The notes: a model not told the origin generated them from the letters alone. Positions 41,700 to 55,690 are shown, counted from the stretch's first letter. The stretch is 64,000 bases of DNA from Octopus vulgaris (GCA_951406725.2 OX597814.1:145204001-145268000); one strand, 5' to 3'. A program made the numbers and translations.

Positions 41700-43849
41700 T
41701 TCGCTATTAGACCATGTCAACAATGGAGCGTGCAGTAATTCTATTCTGTAGGGATCTACGAGCTGAAAGTGACTTAGTAGATCCCGGAAGCCAATGTTAG
41801 GTCTCCTATCAGTATTTGAGCCAACACTATCGATGCGTGCATCGAGGATAGTAATACAGTTTCCTAACACAACTAATGAACATGATGTGTCTAGAAACTT
41901 CTCCAAATTTCGATAATAATCAGTCTGACTCGAACTGAGTGCATAAACATCCACCGGCCTGATTTCCTTACGACAACTGAACGTCAGGACTAAAACGACC
42001 AGCCTACCTTTTGAATCAGAAAAAATTAACTTTTTCTCTGAAACTCAGTTTCTTTTAAGTAGGACCAACACCCCACCACAGCCCCGGTCGGCCTGGAGAA
42101 ATGAATTTCTCATAGACTTTCAGGAGTGGGAGCAGATCTCTTGACCCTTTTAACTGACTTTCAGTAGCAACGATAACATTAAACATTGTGACCTGACGTC
42201 ATTTAGGTAACGCCCTTGTTTCCAGTTCGACGCCCGGCCACGCATATTTGTACATCGTACGTGAACAGCAATAGAAAAGAATAAAACCTACGCTTTTTAA
42301 TCGGTGTCTGGAGGCGGTGGGGGGGGACATACCTCCTCTTCTTCCTCTTGGGCTCGTGGTGGCGGAACGATGAGGTTCCCATGTATGCTAGTGTTAACAT
42401 CCAGCCTGGGGCAGTCTATATCTTCCCATATTCATTTGATAAAGTCCTGTTAATTTTGTTATTTGTTTTATAAAGTTCTATACCGTCTTTTTTATTTACT
42501 GTCTGTATTTTTTCTACGTGTAGTGTTACCAGACGGTTCATCAAGTCTTTATTCGAAACGCGAACCGCCAATGTAGCAACTATCCTCATCTTTTTTAATC
42601 TCGGGTTTTCTTGCTTTTTTAATTACACGAGTCTCTTTTTTATCTTTTGCAGGGGAGCGTGGCTTTATTTTTCTTTTGTTCTGAACAAAAGACCACTCCT
42701 CCCCTCTTTCTGGCATTGGTGTTCGATTCTCTTGCGATTCCAGTTCAACTACCACTTGTTCCTTTTCTTCTCCCTCCTTCTTTTTTTCCAGTCTCCTTGC
42801 TTTTACAGTCCATCCTAAGGTGTTCTTTTTTTTTACCACACTGGAAGCATCACGGTTGGCGACCTTCTGCTGTTACAACCAGCCGGGTCCCACCAACCTC
42901 GAAGATCTCGATGATTTCTTCCAGTGTGGTCTGTTCTGCATTTATAATCAACCTGATGTTTTGGCCGTGCCAGTTACGTGGCTCCATCACATCGGCCTGT
43001 AGCACAGTAATTTTTCTTCTAGGCCCATGGTTACGGCTGCGATGAGCCATCCAGGGACCACATCAGGGAGAATGTTATTTATAGTGATCATAGACGTTCT
43101 TCTACCGATGTATGCGGGTAGAAGAACTACTTCTTCAGTCTTTAATGCGTCGACAGAATGGTGTCACACTTCCTCTTCAGACTCCATTCTTACCTTTACC
43201 GTCCCATATCTCCTTCCTCTTGCAATATATTTTACTTTGTGCCATATTGGCTTTAAGCATTTCTCAATCTCTGCTTCAGTTGCAAATTCAATTTTCTTCT
43301 TCACTTTATACGTCTTGTATATTAGAGTCTTTTTTTCCACGTCTTCCATAATACTTTTTGGAGGGGCCATTTTAATTTCGTGCTCCTCTCTTGACATTAT
43401 TTGTTTGTGTTGGTCAATATTGTTCAAATTGATATTTTAAATTTTTGCTCCTGTGACCGCGGCGAAATCGAGCTTCTTATTTTTCTCTTTTTCACTTCAG
43501 CCTATTTTTGGTTAACGTACATGGAGTCTCTGTGTTTTCCCCATTGTAGCCGGCATTTTCCAGGGAAATCCTCGTCCGAATCACTTACATTTTTCGACTT
43601 CTTACTCCACCTCCTCCACGCTCATGCACTTCTTCTCTTCACTTGGCTTCACACAAGCCATAATGCAGGCTTCCCCGCATGGGAAAAAAACAATAATTGT
43701 TTTACAACTCTAATAATAAACAATTAATGAACAGTTCATCAATAAACTTTAACAAACTTCACCAACTCCACAAAACAACGCAATCCAACAGAGCACAAAA
43801 ACCAATCCAACGCAGCAAAAATACCCGAAGCAAATGTTTCGCTGGCTGA
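41700..43849 (-). mobile_element. 3'-truncated Tx1/L1-like LINE: ORF1 with CCHC knuckle plus start of APE endonuclease
   Basis: ORF1 IKMAPPKS...KIEFATEAEIEKCLK...RYGTVKVRMESEEE, AEGRQP*CFQCGK..H...C; ORF2 DSKGRLVV, DVYA, LVVLGNC.TILD, FQLVDPYR, TWSN; no RT follows. Confidence 0.8.
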
Positions 43850-44160
43850 AACAATTAATTATCATTGTACACTATCTCAAAATTCACCGTTTTACATTCT
43901 TCGTTTCAAATTCAAATCTTGCCTAAGCAGATTTTGTTCACTACGAGAAATACTAATCTCCTGTTGTTATTCATTCATCATTTCTATCTCCTTCGCTTTC
44001 TCATGCGATGCTGATTTTTGTTTTTAATAATTCATTCGTTATACCTTTCAGACTGTTCTACATTTTGCGTTATCCCTGAAGCAAGGCTTCTTTCTTTCTT
44101 TCTTTCTTTCCAATAGTGAATGGCTATGTATGTCCTAACAACATTTTAGCTTAGTTCTCA

Positions 44161-44325
44161 AGCACGTGGCTGTGTGATAAGTATATTGCATTCTAAACAC
44201 ATGAATCTTGGTTCAATCCTAAAGCAGGACACTTTGTGCAAATGTCTTCTATTATCGCTCCGGGCCGACCAAAGCGTTGTGTGTGGATTGTGGATTTGGC
44301 GGACGGAACCTGAAAGTAGTCTGTC

Positions 44326-44389
<64 letters not shown>

Positions 44390-44701
44390 AAGATAAGGAT
44401 AAATTTAAAAAAATCAGTAGCCAGCATACTAAAATGCCTTTTAAGGTGATAATTATAAACAATTATAAATAAGGGCAAAAGAAAAATAAATTCTTTGCCA
44501 ATACGCTGAAAAATAGACCTTAGATCGTCTAGCCACATACAATATTATGTGTATTTATAGTGAAAAATATTGTATCTGGTTAGACGATCTAACGTCTATT
44601 TTCCAGCATATTGGGATAGAATTTTTTTCTTCTACCTTTATTTATTATTTATATATATATACGGCACATATACATACACACATATACACACACATATATT
44701 T

Positions 44702-44767
<66 letters not shown>

Positions 44768-44887
44768 CCTTGTGTGTTTTTGTGTGTGTTTGTCTCCCAC
44801 TAACATTTGACAACCTGTGTTGGTCTAAGTCCTTGTAACCTAGCGGTTCGGCAAAGGACACGATAGAATAAGTACCAGAGTACCAGG
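44161..44887 (+). mobile_element. SINE family A split by an insertion in its internal microsatellite
   Basis: Head/body 44161-44328, resumes about 44756-44887. Confidence 0.75.
44467..44643. repeat. Fold-back inverted repeat (about 80-bp arms, 19-bp spacer)
   Basis: AAAATAGACCTTAGATCGTCTAGCCACATACAATATT vs AATATTGTATCTGGTTAGACGATCTAACGTCTATTTT; within a 44386-44650 insert between (TA)n tracts. Confidence 0.85.
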
Positions 44888-45195
44888 CTTCAATATCAGA
44901 CTCCCGCACCAAAGCGCTGCAGTCAAGATGGATGAAGCCCCAGTTTGTGTCCAGTCAGTACTACACCTGGCACTACTGCCCTTTTCCAGGTTTTAGCCCC
45001 TTCTGATCAACCGCCGCCTTTGAAGCAACTTTTATTGTCTCCAAAACCAACTTGATGACCTTCCACTCCCAGGCCCCTGTGATGTCAAGCATGTATACTC
45101 TGCAGGAGGGCTGGCTTCCAAGCCCACAACATTACATCTTGCTGCAATCACAAGATAGTTGCCAGCCATTACTTTGGAATAAGTTCACCAGCCCA
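44888..45195 (-). mobile_element. 3' remnant of a restriction-like-endonuclease LINE (HERO-like)
   Basis: LVNLFQSNGWQLSC..*CCGLGSQPSCRVYMLDITGAWEWKVIKLVLETIKVAS resembles the GW..(E)VGCRG...LGITG...A.AS C-terminus of HERO-type elements. Confidence 0.55.
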
Positions 45196-45980
45196 GCAAA
45201 TAAATATTACAAAATATTATAAAATTAATTTTAAAAACATAAATATATGTATTTATAACTATTAAACATTTCTTGTTTTATTATTTTCACTATAAAAAGG
45301 TTTAATTAAATATTTATTACCACAAAATACATATATATTTTAAAGGATTCTCTCTTTTTTTCTTTTTTGTTACAATATTCATATAACTTTCGATTTCTTT
45401 ATTGATAATATCGGTAGTGTTAATGTTTGCAATGATCGTGATGTTATTTTTCATATTATATTTGCAATGGATATTGCTGTTTTCGTAATGGAGTTATGGG
45501 AGTGGAAATCTTATAAAATGATCCCAAATCAATGCCGAAGACATCAGATATTTTGCATAAAGCTGTCGCCTTTCAAGAGGTTAGCAGAAAGTCATTGGGA
45601 GATGTTGCATCGTGAACGGATACCATTAAAACTAGAGATATAATAATATTCATACGTTTTATCAGATCATAAGCTCACATCAAAAGATCGACCAAATTAA
45701 AATGCAAAAGCTTAGATTAATCTGCTTTCTCAGTTTAAAATCAAGGCAATTAAGGGACAGTAAGTATAAATGACGGTTTGGATGCAATGGAAAATTTGTA
45801 ATATGCTAGACACGGCTGCAAACTGACATCGTTACACAACATTTCTAGGTTTAAGACACACAGCTATACAGCCACACATATTTAATATATGTACAATTAC
45901 ACATCTCTCTCTTCCCTCTCTGTCTATCTATCTATACATACATACTTATGTGTATATCTAATTCTCTCTCCATCTCTTTC

Positions 45981-46066
<86 letters not shown>

Positions 46067-46297
46067 CATTTCTATATACACGACACACACATGTATGTAT
46101 ATATGTTGGCAAATATGTGTTTGTATTAAGGAACACGCATGTGACGACGAGTAACAAATTTCTGTACTTTGTACCAAAATAGCATTACGTTTTTCTTTTG
46201 CATAAACGTAACTATAAGAAAGAAAATAAAATGATAGATATCAGGTAACTGTAAATGATAAATGTACAGTGGATGAAAGTTGTGGAAATGGAAGTAG

Positions 46298-46345
<48 letters not shown>

Positions 46346-49111
46346 TAATCGCTTATCTTATTTTTCTTCATTATTCCTCATTATTTGTGTATTAATCTTG
46401 ATGGGGCACGCAGAACACCATTTGCATATGTATGTATGCATGTATGTATGTATGTATGTAAGTATGTATGTATGTATGTATGTATGTATGTATGTATGTA
46501 TGTATGTATGTATGTATGTATGTATGTATGTATGTATGTATATATATAGATATATATCAAACTCAGAGAGAAAGAGAAAAGCAGAGAGAGATAGAGAGAT
46601 AGAAAGCGAGAACAGTTCGTATATAGAGTTTAAAAAGTGCTGAGTTAGAACATTTGATGACCTCCCAATACATTAAATTGAAGCGATTATTAGTTCGACG
46701 CTTGACATAAATGGAATTTAGAAGCGTGATAGAATAATTTAGATTTTTAATTATTCTGCTGACACTAATTAGCTATGTTGTTGTTGTTATTTAATCTGCA
46801 ATTGAGTTGTGATCTGGAAATCATGTGATTAAAGACATTCCAGAAATGCTTACCCTATTTTATTTACTAACATAATGTACCGAGAACTATATTTCCCTAT
46901 TTACACTGTCCTTTTGAAGAAGTTTAACTATAGTTTGCGTGTGAACTGGTTGCTATTTCTAGCCAATCATATGATTACATAGCGGTTCTTTTAGTAAGTT
47001 ACTATGGTTTGTTGATTGTTAATAATATCCATCAGCAACAGCATATTTTATACTATATAAATATTATTGCACAGCATAACATTTATACAATACGGAATCG
47101 AAAGTGTATTAAATAATTATTACATTTGTTAAGTACTTGTTAATTAGTGCCATAAATTGAAAATATATTAAACAGATAAATTTAAAACAAAATCAAAATA
47201 AGGTCGCCTTACCCTACATGTTCCGCTTCTTTACATCTTGAAATATGCTATTTCATTAACATACACTGAGTATCATATTTGGATGACGATACGGGCAATT
47301 TAACAAATGCTTCATTAATATGTTTTCGCGCCATCAGTACAACTTCTGAATGTTCTCGACGAAACTATCAAATGCTGCGTTATTTGATACTTAGTATTAA
47401 AACAACACAAGGAAAAAAACAAAAAAGGGAAAAAACTCTAAATTATTAGAAATATGTCAGAGAGTAATGTAATATTTTCGAAGTGTAGGTTTTCTGATGA
47501 CTTTTACAAGTAAACAACAAAGAAATGTGGAAATTTACAGAAAAATTTTGGCATATGAAAATAATTTTGCGCTATATTTCGTTTCCTTTCTTTCGTGCTA
47601 TATTTATGTAATTCTATTTCTTTTCACTTTCTTCTCACATCTATAAAACATGTTTCCTTGAAGTAACCTGAGTTTCTCTGTAGTTTAATCGGACTACACA
47701 TTCGCACGTCGTCAATTCTCAGTTACATCAAAACCATTTTAGATAGCATCACCGCGATAGAATCACATGTTGTCTTTTAAACCCCATTTCACTCTTTTAC
47801 TTTTTTATAAAAAAATTGTGTATGCAGAGTTTATTGACATACCAAATATACTTTACATTAAAAAATACCTACCTTTCTGTAGATAAATATTTCTTGATTT
47901 TTTTCTTCGATTCTAATTCATGCTTGCTACTACGGCATATTTCGGGTATTGGATCGGATTTAAATCATGGGTGGGGAGACTTCAAGTTTGGTCGGACCTT
48001 TATACACAAGAATGAAATCTTAGAAAATTACCTTATTTAAATCTCAAAATTCTTTTATTTCAAATAATTGAATTTGATGAGTTAGCACAGAAAGTTTAAA
48101 TAAATGACTGAAAAATGTCGCATTATAGATGCACTTTTTCAAAATTCAAGTTTCGTTTTCCACACATCCACTTGCGGTGTTTGACTTTTCCTCTGTTGTG
48201 AAAAGTATAATGAAGGAGGGTAAGATTTTTTTCATTTAATGTGAGTTACATGTTTCAGAATGTAGAATATGATAAAATGACGGGAAATTACAAAAAGAAA
48301 ATAATCCTTTTTAGTGGTTGTTGCTGTTCCAAAGCCATGATGAGTCTGTGGATGTGTTTGTGTGTGTATGTGTGTGGGAGGTGAACGTGTGTGTGTGGGA
48401 GGGGTTGTGAGAGAGAGTGAGAGTGAATGAGAGAGGTGGGTTAGAGATACATTTAAGACTTGGATTTTAAAAATTCTTCTTTTAAAACGGCTTCCCTTCA
48501 TTGTTTTGCAATGCATGAAAAACGAAAAAAATAAAATAAAATAGAATAAAATAAAATAAAAAGCACGTTAAATCCCGACAAAAAAGCTATTTCTGAAAGT
48601 CTGCTTTTCCAGTTTCCAGTTTCCAGGGCACAATGAGTAATATATACTGCATTTTTGACTTTGAAGAAAAAATATTTTTACAAATGTTCACTACTTTACC
48701 AAAACTATATCAGCAAAGTGAATAACTTCTCTAAACGCAGTAAAACCTATAACATATTCAGAACACTATTTCAGAAAATTATCACTATACTCTTTGAGCA
48801 AATAAAAGACAAATTTTGGCGGGGCAAAATGAGTAAGACAAAACAAAGTGATCCAAGCAACACCATCCAAATACAGGAACAGATACTGCAAAAGCTAGGG
48901 TTTCAAGAGTCCACAGCTCTATCAATATCCGTCCAAAATGTCTGAGAGACCTGCATGGCGAGCATGTAGGTGTCTCCAAACAAACTGTAGCGCCTTCTGT
49001 CAAGAGATCCAGATGAGCCTACTTCACGGCAGGAAACACAGATGAGGGTTATTAGCAATTAAAACCTAAAGGCACACCTATAAAAGTCACTAAAGTGACA
49101 AGGGTACAGAG

Positions 49112-49385
49112 TGGTACCAGCAATGCTAGAAATAAGACTTAAAACGACCCATTAGCCACAAAAAGCACTATCTTAGTAAGTTAACAAAAGAAACAAAGCA
49201 CCCTACTGTAGTAAGACATAGCTCTCTACTGAAGAAGCAAGTATACCACATATATGGTTATATATAAGGGTACAACTGCTTCTTCAGTAGGGAGCTTTGT
49301 TTGTTTCGTTAACTTACTAAGATAGTGCCTTTTGTGGCTAATGAGTCGTTTTAGCAATGAGTCGTTTCTAGCAATGTTGGTGCCA
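49112..49385. repeat. Fold-back inverted repeat (about 130-bp arms)
   Basis: ATTAGCCACAAAAAGCACTATCTTAGTAAGTTAAC vs GTTAACTTACTAAGATAGTGCCTTTTGTGGCTAAT; CTACTGAAGAAGCA in both arms. Confidence 0.88.
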
Positions 49386-49488
49386 TCCTCAAAACACACA
49401 CCATCACAAAAAGCAAGAGTCAGTCCAAATCTATGGAAAAATGTCTCAAGAATTCAATCATTACTACCATCTACAAGTCACACTCGCA

Positions 49489-49615
49489 TTCTTCTTCTTC
49501 TTCTTCTTCTTCTTCTTCTTCTTCTTCTTCTTCTTCTTCTTCTTCTTCTTCTTCTTCTTCTTCTTCTTCTTCTTCTTCTTCTTCTTCTTCGTCTTCTTCG
49601 TCGTCGTCGTCGTCT
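49489..49615. repeat. (TTC)n grading into (GTC)n microsatellite
   Basis: Direct observation; source of the poly-L/S/F/K/R ORFs. Confidence 0.95.
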
Positions 49616-49901
49616 TCTCTGACAAGAATTCACAACGACCTCGAACCCACAAGAGTAAACAAGAGAGACAGAGACAGGCAGAAACAAGGAAAAAGACCCT
49701 TGTATTTGAATACTATGCGAATATTCTTTTTTAAAAAATTTTTCATTTAATTTTTCCCAAATTTAATTGTTTGCCATACTTACAGTTGAAAAAAGTCTCA
49801 ATGACTTAAACCGGTACTGAATTTCTTTTTATAAATTTATTTTAGCATTTTCTACCTTGACTCTTTTATTCCATATATCAATTCGTGTGTTTCTTTTCAA
49901 C

Positions 49902-49972
<71 letters not shown>

Positions 49973-49974
<2 letters not shown>

Positions 49975-50114
49975 TTTTCTACGCTAGGCACAAGGCCCGA
50001 AATTTTTGGAGAGGGGCCAGTCCATTAGATCGAAACCAATATGCAACTGGTATCTAATTTATCGATGAAAGGCAGAATTTGGACTCAGAACGTAAAGTCA
50101 GACGAAATACCGCT
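49973..50114 (-). mobile_element. SINE family B, partial with internal deletion
   Basis: CTAGGCACAAGGCCCGAAATTTT...ACTCAGAACGTAAAGTCAGACGAAATACCGCT. Confidence 0.75.
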
Positions 50115-50624
50115 GGGTACACACACTATATACATACATACAGAGGTACACACACAAATACAAATACATACAGACACACATACAGATACACCCACACATA
50201 CAAACACACAGACAGGAACACACAAGTACACAGATATGCAGAATACATACTTACATACAAATGTGCTCACAGGCATACACATATCTATGCATACATACAT
50301 ACATGCAGCATACATACATATGTGCATGCCCATGCACATATGTATATATGTGTGTATGTATGTGTATGCATGTATGTGTGTGTTATTTTATATTGCTCCA
50401 GTTCATTCATCTATAGAAATTATTTGCAATGTCACTGGTGCCAAGCTATATCATCGTTTGCCTTTCAATTCGATAACATTGTTGGCGTAGAGAGTGGAGG
50501 CTGATCTTCCATAAAATAAGTCCCCTCGGGAGGGAATTCCCTAGGTGCAGTCGAATGATCATTCATGGGCGAAGGAAATCCCATAAAACAAACATACATG
50601 CAGCGTGTATATATATATATGTAT

Positions 50625-50790
50625 ATTTCTTTACTACCCACAAGGGGCTAAACACAGAGGGGACAAACAAGGACAGACAAAGGGATTAATTCCATTATAT
50701 CGACCCCAGTGCGTAACTGGAACTTAATTTATCGACCCCGAAAGGATGAAAAGCAAAGTCAACCTCGGCGGAATTTGAACTCGGAACGTA
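50625..50790 (-). mobile_element. SINE family B, alternative-tail variant
   Basis: TTTCTTTACTACCCACAAGGGGCTAAACACAGAGGGGACAAAC is the reverse complement of the middle of 63122-63487. Confidence 0.8.
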
Positions 50791-51743
50791 TATATATATA
50801 TATATATATACACGTGTGTGTGTGTATGTGTGTGTATGTGTGTGTATGTGTGTGTTTGTGTGTGTGTGTATGTATGTGTCTGTGTGTGAGCAATTGCGCT
50901 TATGTTTACCAGGATAAAACCTGTTTTATGGCAAGAAAATAATGTTAGTGATGTTACAAATATAAATTAATAAAATAATATAAGAACTATACAGTAAAGT
51001 GTTCATCAGCTTAAGTAAAACATGACTGCTACACAATCTTATTTAGTGTAGGCAGTTATTTTGATGCACTCAACTACCTTAAGAAAGGATTAAAAACTGA
51101 AATATTATCGTACTACACTATAAGTTAGTTTATTTGAATATTTAAATTTAATATTATAAACTTGTATATTATTTAAACGATAACATGTTTTGTAGTTTCA
51201 CTTGTATATCAAACGCTGTTTTACGTTTTTCCAAGATAATGTTTTAGCATTAATCAAACAACATCTCTCTTTTGAAATGTCTTTTGAGCACATCCTCACT
51301 CCTATTTGCCTTGCAGTCATTCTTATAATAACAAAAAAGGCTAAGTAAGTGTAATCTCTATAGTACGTCCGACAGGCATATTAGACATATGTCACGAGAA
51401 TAGAATTCTTATCTGCATCTTCATCCGTAAACATATCGCACAGTCGCCATTTATACTTTGTTATTCAGTTCAGTAAAAATAGTGCAACAAAGTAAACGGT
51501 AAGAAAATATTCTTCTCTCAATTTTTTCTGTGTTACTCTCTTTCAACATATCAGTTACTATCTGTGTGTCTGTTTGTTTTCCCTTCCCCCTTATCACTAT
51601 GTCTTTTTCTTCTCCTTTCCATCTCTGTTTATCCCCTCTCTCTCTCTCTCTCGCGTCGTATATATATAGCTATGCATGTATCATACGTATATATCTATAC
51701 GTATGTAATTATGTATGTATGAATATATACGTATGTATTTAAG

Positions 51744-51798
<55 letters not shown>

Positions 51799-52725
51799 AC
51801 AAATGTATATGTGTGTGTGTATGTATGTATATACATTAAATAGAGGGTGAGATATATTGAGAGGAATAGCAGAAAAGACAGAGATTATATGAAGCCAAAC
51901 AATACGAAAGAAAAAAAAAAGACAAGCATCCTTCAGAAGTAACATTTCTAAAGTATCGACTAAAACAAATAATGCCATATTTAATGAAAATTAGAATAAA
52001 AATATAGACAAAGACATGAAAAAACAGAAAAACTTCCCAGAAACATTAAGAGTATCATGTGCAGACCTACAAACATCAGTTAGTCATTAACAGTATCATA
52101 AAGTAGTTGTAAGATACAAGCTTGCTATAAAAAAGTTAGACTTGGCTGGTTACAGATGTGCCATTAATAACACTTCACTTTGCATGCTGCTTGCTTTTTT
52201 TCTAGATTATATAGCATGAAGTTATTATAGCTGACAATTAATACCTAAGATGTTCATCCATGTTAGATAGTATATTTCTCTTATTTCGTAAGTGATACAG
52301 AGCGAAGTGAATAAAATGATAGAATTTAAATATAACAGACGCATAAAATTAATATTTGTTCTGTTTCCAGTAACATTACCGTCTTTCTCAATGTGTTGTA
52401 TTAGGTGGGAGTTATAATGATATTTGTTTTAGCATTTAAATCAAGTGTATTTAGTTTCTTTTGCCATTTGGAAAGTAGAGCTGCATACGATTTCTCGTCG
52501 TAACAGTATACACAGCAGCATTTTATTTTCGATTTCTGTAACATTTGACAAGCTCCGACATTAAAAAGGATTTTAGATGAGATATAGATTAAAACTAGTT
52601 TGTATAGAACTGTTACTGATAATATTATATGTAGACATCCCAAAAGATATAAATACAAAAAAATCATACACAATACATACACACAATCCTCAATGTGTGT
52701 TATATATATATATATATACGCACGT

Positions 52726-52793
<68 letters not shown>

Positions 52794-53619
52794 GGATACA
52801 TACACACATACATGCATGCATACATGCATACATACATGCATTCAGAATATTTTCAATTCCAATAGATTACAAATTAGATGTACGACATTTAGAAAGTGGG
52901 TCATCGCTAAAATTCTATCATCAGTCTGTAGTAAGAAAGAAAATTCGACGTACATCTATAATGTAGAATAATGTAAAAAAAGAAACAAAAAGGAAAAAGA
53001 AAAAAGGAAAAGGAAATACAAAATTTAAAGAAATCATTGATTTCAATACATTAAAAAACCTCAAAGTTAAAAGCATCAATGAAATTGACTTCAAAAAATA
53101 ATAAAATACTTTGCCATATATTAATAATATATCTTTTAAATAACATTGAATCCCGGACGAGATAGGTATTTTGAAAATGCATATACAAGAAAAAAAATAT
53201 ATAGCGTTACATTTTATATAATGTCACAGATATGAAATCCTACAAGAGGGCTATCAAAACTGTTATTGGAGACAGGAAGATTCTAAACCAATAAATTAGG
53301 TACCCGAACCATTGAGCTTAGCATTCTTTCTTTGGAATACTTATTAAAACCTTTCTGTTGGCAATTAGATAGCATAGAAGTAATATCATATGACACTTCA
53401 CTATTGCAACCATCTATTGCGTGTAAAATATAGAAAACAGCGGTGAGAGTTCAGCGATATGCAGTTAGTTCTGCATGGTATAAACTGTAGACTTCATTAG
53501 CTGGTAGTACCACACACATACAGACGCATACACATACACATACATTGCTCCGCATATATATATATATACACACACACAAATACATGCTACCCATATATAT
53601 TGACAACACAACCCGCTAA

Positions 53620-53795
53620 ATCCACAAGCTTTTTTTATAATCTCTCTGTTTATTGTCTCTTATTCCTTGACTGTTGAAGAGCGTAGATTCGAAACGTAAA
53701 GGACTTTTTCACTTTCCCGAGCGACAAACTAATACACCTGCTTGTTGTTCATACACCTGTCTTCATCATTTGTTTTTTCTGTAAATTTCATCTAT
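53620..53795 (+). mobile_element. Short repeat with minimal hammerhead-like motif (53665-53702)
   Basis: CCTT-GA-CTGTTGA-A-GAGC-GTAG-ATTC-GAAACGTA/AAGG; homologue at 13560-13715. Confidence 0.5.
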
Positions 53796-53897
53796 AAATA
53801 TTGTATGTATCACATATATATATGCATGTGTATATGTATATATATACTGCATGTGCGTATATGTATATATGTATAAATATACATATATACATATACA

Positions 53898-53957
<60 letters not shown>

Positions 53958-54108
53958 TAAGTAGTTGAATGAATTATCTTAGTATGGATAATTCGGTTAA
54001 CCGATACCTGGGTAGCAAATTCACGTCAGAAAAACATGGTTGAAACTACATGCCAAAGGCAGAGATCACGTGCTTTCGTGTGGAAATTTGTGTGTTTTTT
54101 TAATACAA

Positions 54109-54315
54109 ATAAATGAAAGAATGGGGTTGAACGACGATTTAACAAAATTCCTTTATTCTCGACATATGTTTCGAAGGCTGCATATTCCTAATTTTCCTGA
54201 TGAGAAGGCGGCATAATGCAACCCTTATTCCTTCGAAATTAGGAATATGCAGCCTTCGAAACATATGTCAAGAATAAAGGAATTTTGTTAAATCGTCGTT
54301 CAACTCCATTCTTTC

Positions 54316-54321
<6 letters not shown>
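54109..54321. repeat. Near-perfect fold-back (86-bp arms, 2 mismatches, 41-bp spacer)
   Basis: 54109-54194 is the reverse complement of 54236-54321; ends in (TA)n. Confidence 0.95.
54191..54275 (+). ncRNA. Type I hammerhead ribozyme, canonical core
   Basis: ATTTTC-CTGATGA-GAAGGC...GCCTTC-GAAACATATGTC/AAGAAT; predicted cleavage after C54269; palindromic stem III ACATATGT; first stem I pair is a C.A mismatch. Confidence 0.8.
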
Positions 54322-54374
<53 letters not shown>

Positions 54375-54759
54375 TATTGAGTGTAGAAATTGATATTAAT
54401 CAATCAAAACCAGTGGCTTAGCATATTTAAAAAATCCGAAGATTAAAAATTATATTACATAAAAAGTAAGAGGAATGCTAAATTTTTTTTGAGAATACAA
54501 TCTTCGTGGCAAGGCAATTTGACGTCAATCTTCAGCATATTAGCAATCCACTATGGTGGTTATCCCTCTTACTTTGTGCGTGTGTATGTATATGTACATA
54601 TATATATATATATATATATCAACAGCTGAGATCAGGAGATGCTCAATATAGAAAACAATTAATGGTCAAATGATTTTAACTTACACTCGTGATAGAACAT
54701 GGCTATAGAGATATGTCTATACATGAACATTCATTTTCTGCATAGTTTCACCATTTTTC

Positions 54760-54816
<57 letters not shown>

Positions 54817-55120
54817 ATGGATATTTACCCACAGACACAAACATACACACACATAGACATACACACATACACATAATGATAATTTTTTCTATGGAATACC
54901 TTTGTCTCTAATGAATTTTTATTAACAGTTCTACAGTTCTAATCATTAAAAGGTGAACTACTTGATAAATGTGGTGTAATACTTGCATTTGAAATATTGT
55001 GAGTGTTAAAGAAGTGACTTTTTACAATTCAATAATTTTCTCAAAATTATTTTACTTTTACTTGAGTGTGATTGACGCTATTTTTGTATACATACATTTA
55101 TACATAGGTATTTATACATA

Positions 55121-55503
55121 GGCATAGGAGTGGCTGTGTGGTAAGTAGCTTGCTTACCAACGACATGGTTTCGGGTTCAGTCCCACTGCGTTGGGCGTCT
55201 TCTACTATAGTCTCGAGCCGACCAAAGCCTTGTGAGTGGATTTGGTAGACTGAAACTGAAAGCCTGTCGTATATATGTATGTATATATATATATATATGT
55301 GTGAGTGTGTGTGTGTGTATGTTTGTGTGTCCGTGTTTGTTCCCCCCCCCCCCAACATCGCTTAATAACCGATTGTGGTGTGTTTTTGCTGATAGAATAC
55401 GTACTAGGCTTACGAAGAATATCCTGGGGTCGATTTGCTCGACTAAAGGCGGTGCTCCAGCATGGCCACAGTCAAATGACTGAAACAAGTAAAAAAGAGT
55501 AAA
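55121..55503 (+). mobile_element. SINE family A
   Basis: Head, body and tail match other copies with small deletions. Confidence 0.9.
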
Positions 55504-55690
55504 TGTATCTATTTATATCTGCATGGATGTGTGTGTGTATGTGTATGTGTGTATAACTATTTGTACTTTGGTATACCGCTAGCAGTATTCCGATTAAAGC
55601 ACTTTCACTCTTTAGGCTACGTGATGCCACCTACATTTGATATGTTTCACTAGATCTAGCTCTACCGCAGTGTTCGTTGTGTTTATAATG

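Noticed and set aside
49332-49750. Poly-L/S/F/K/R ORFs
   Set aside because: All frames of one (TTC)n tract.
54270-54270. A-to-I editing at the A.C mismatch as a switch restoring hammerhead stem I
   Set aside because: More simply explained by CpG decay (TCGAG to TCAAG); neighbour context is poor for ADAR and there is no expression evidence.
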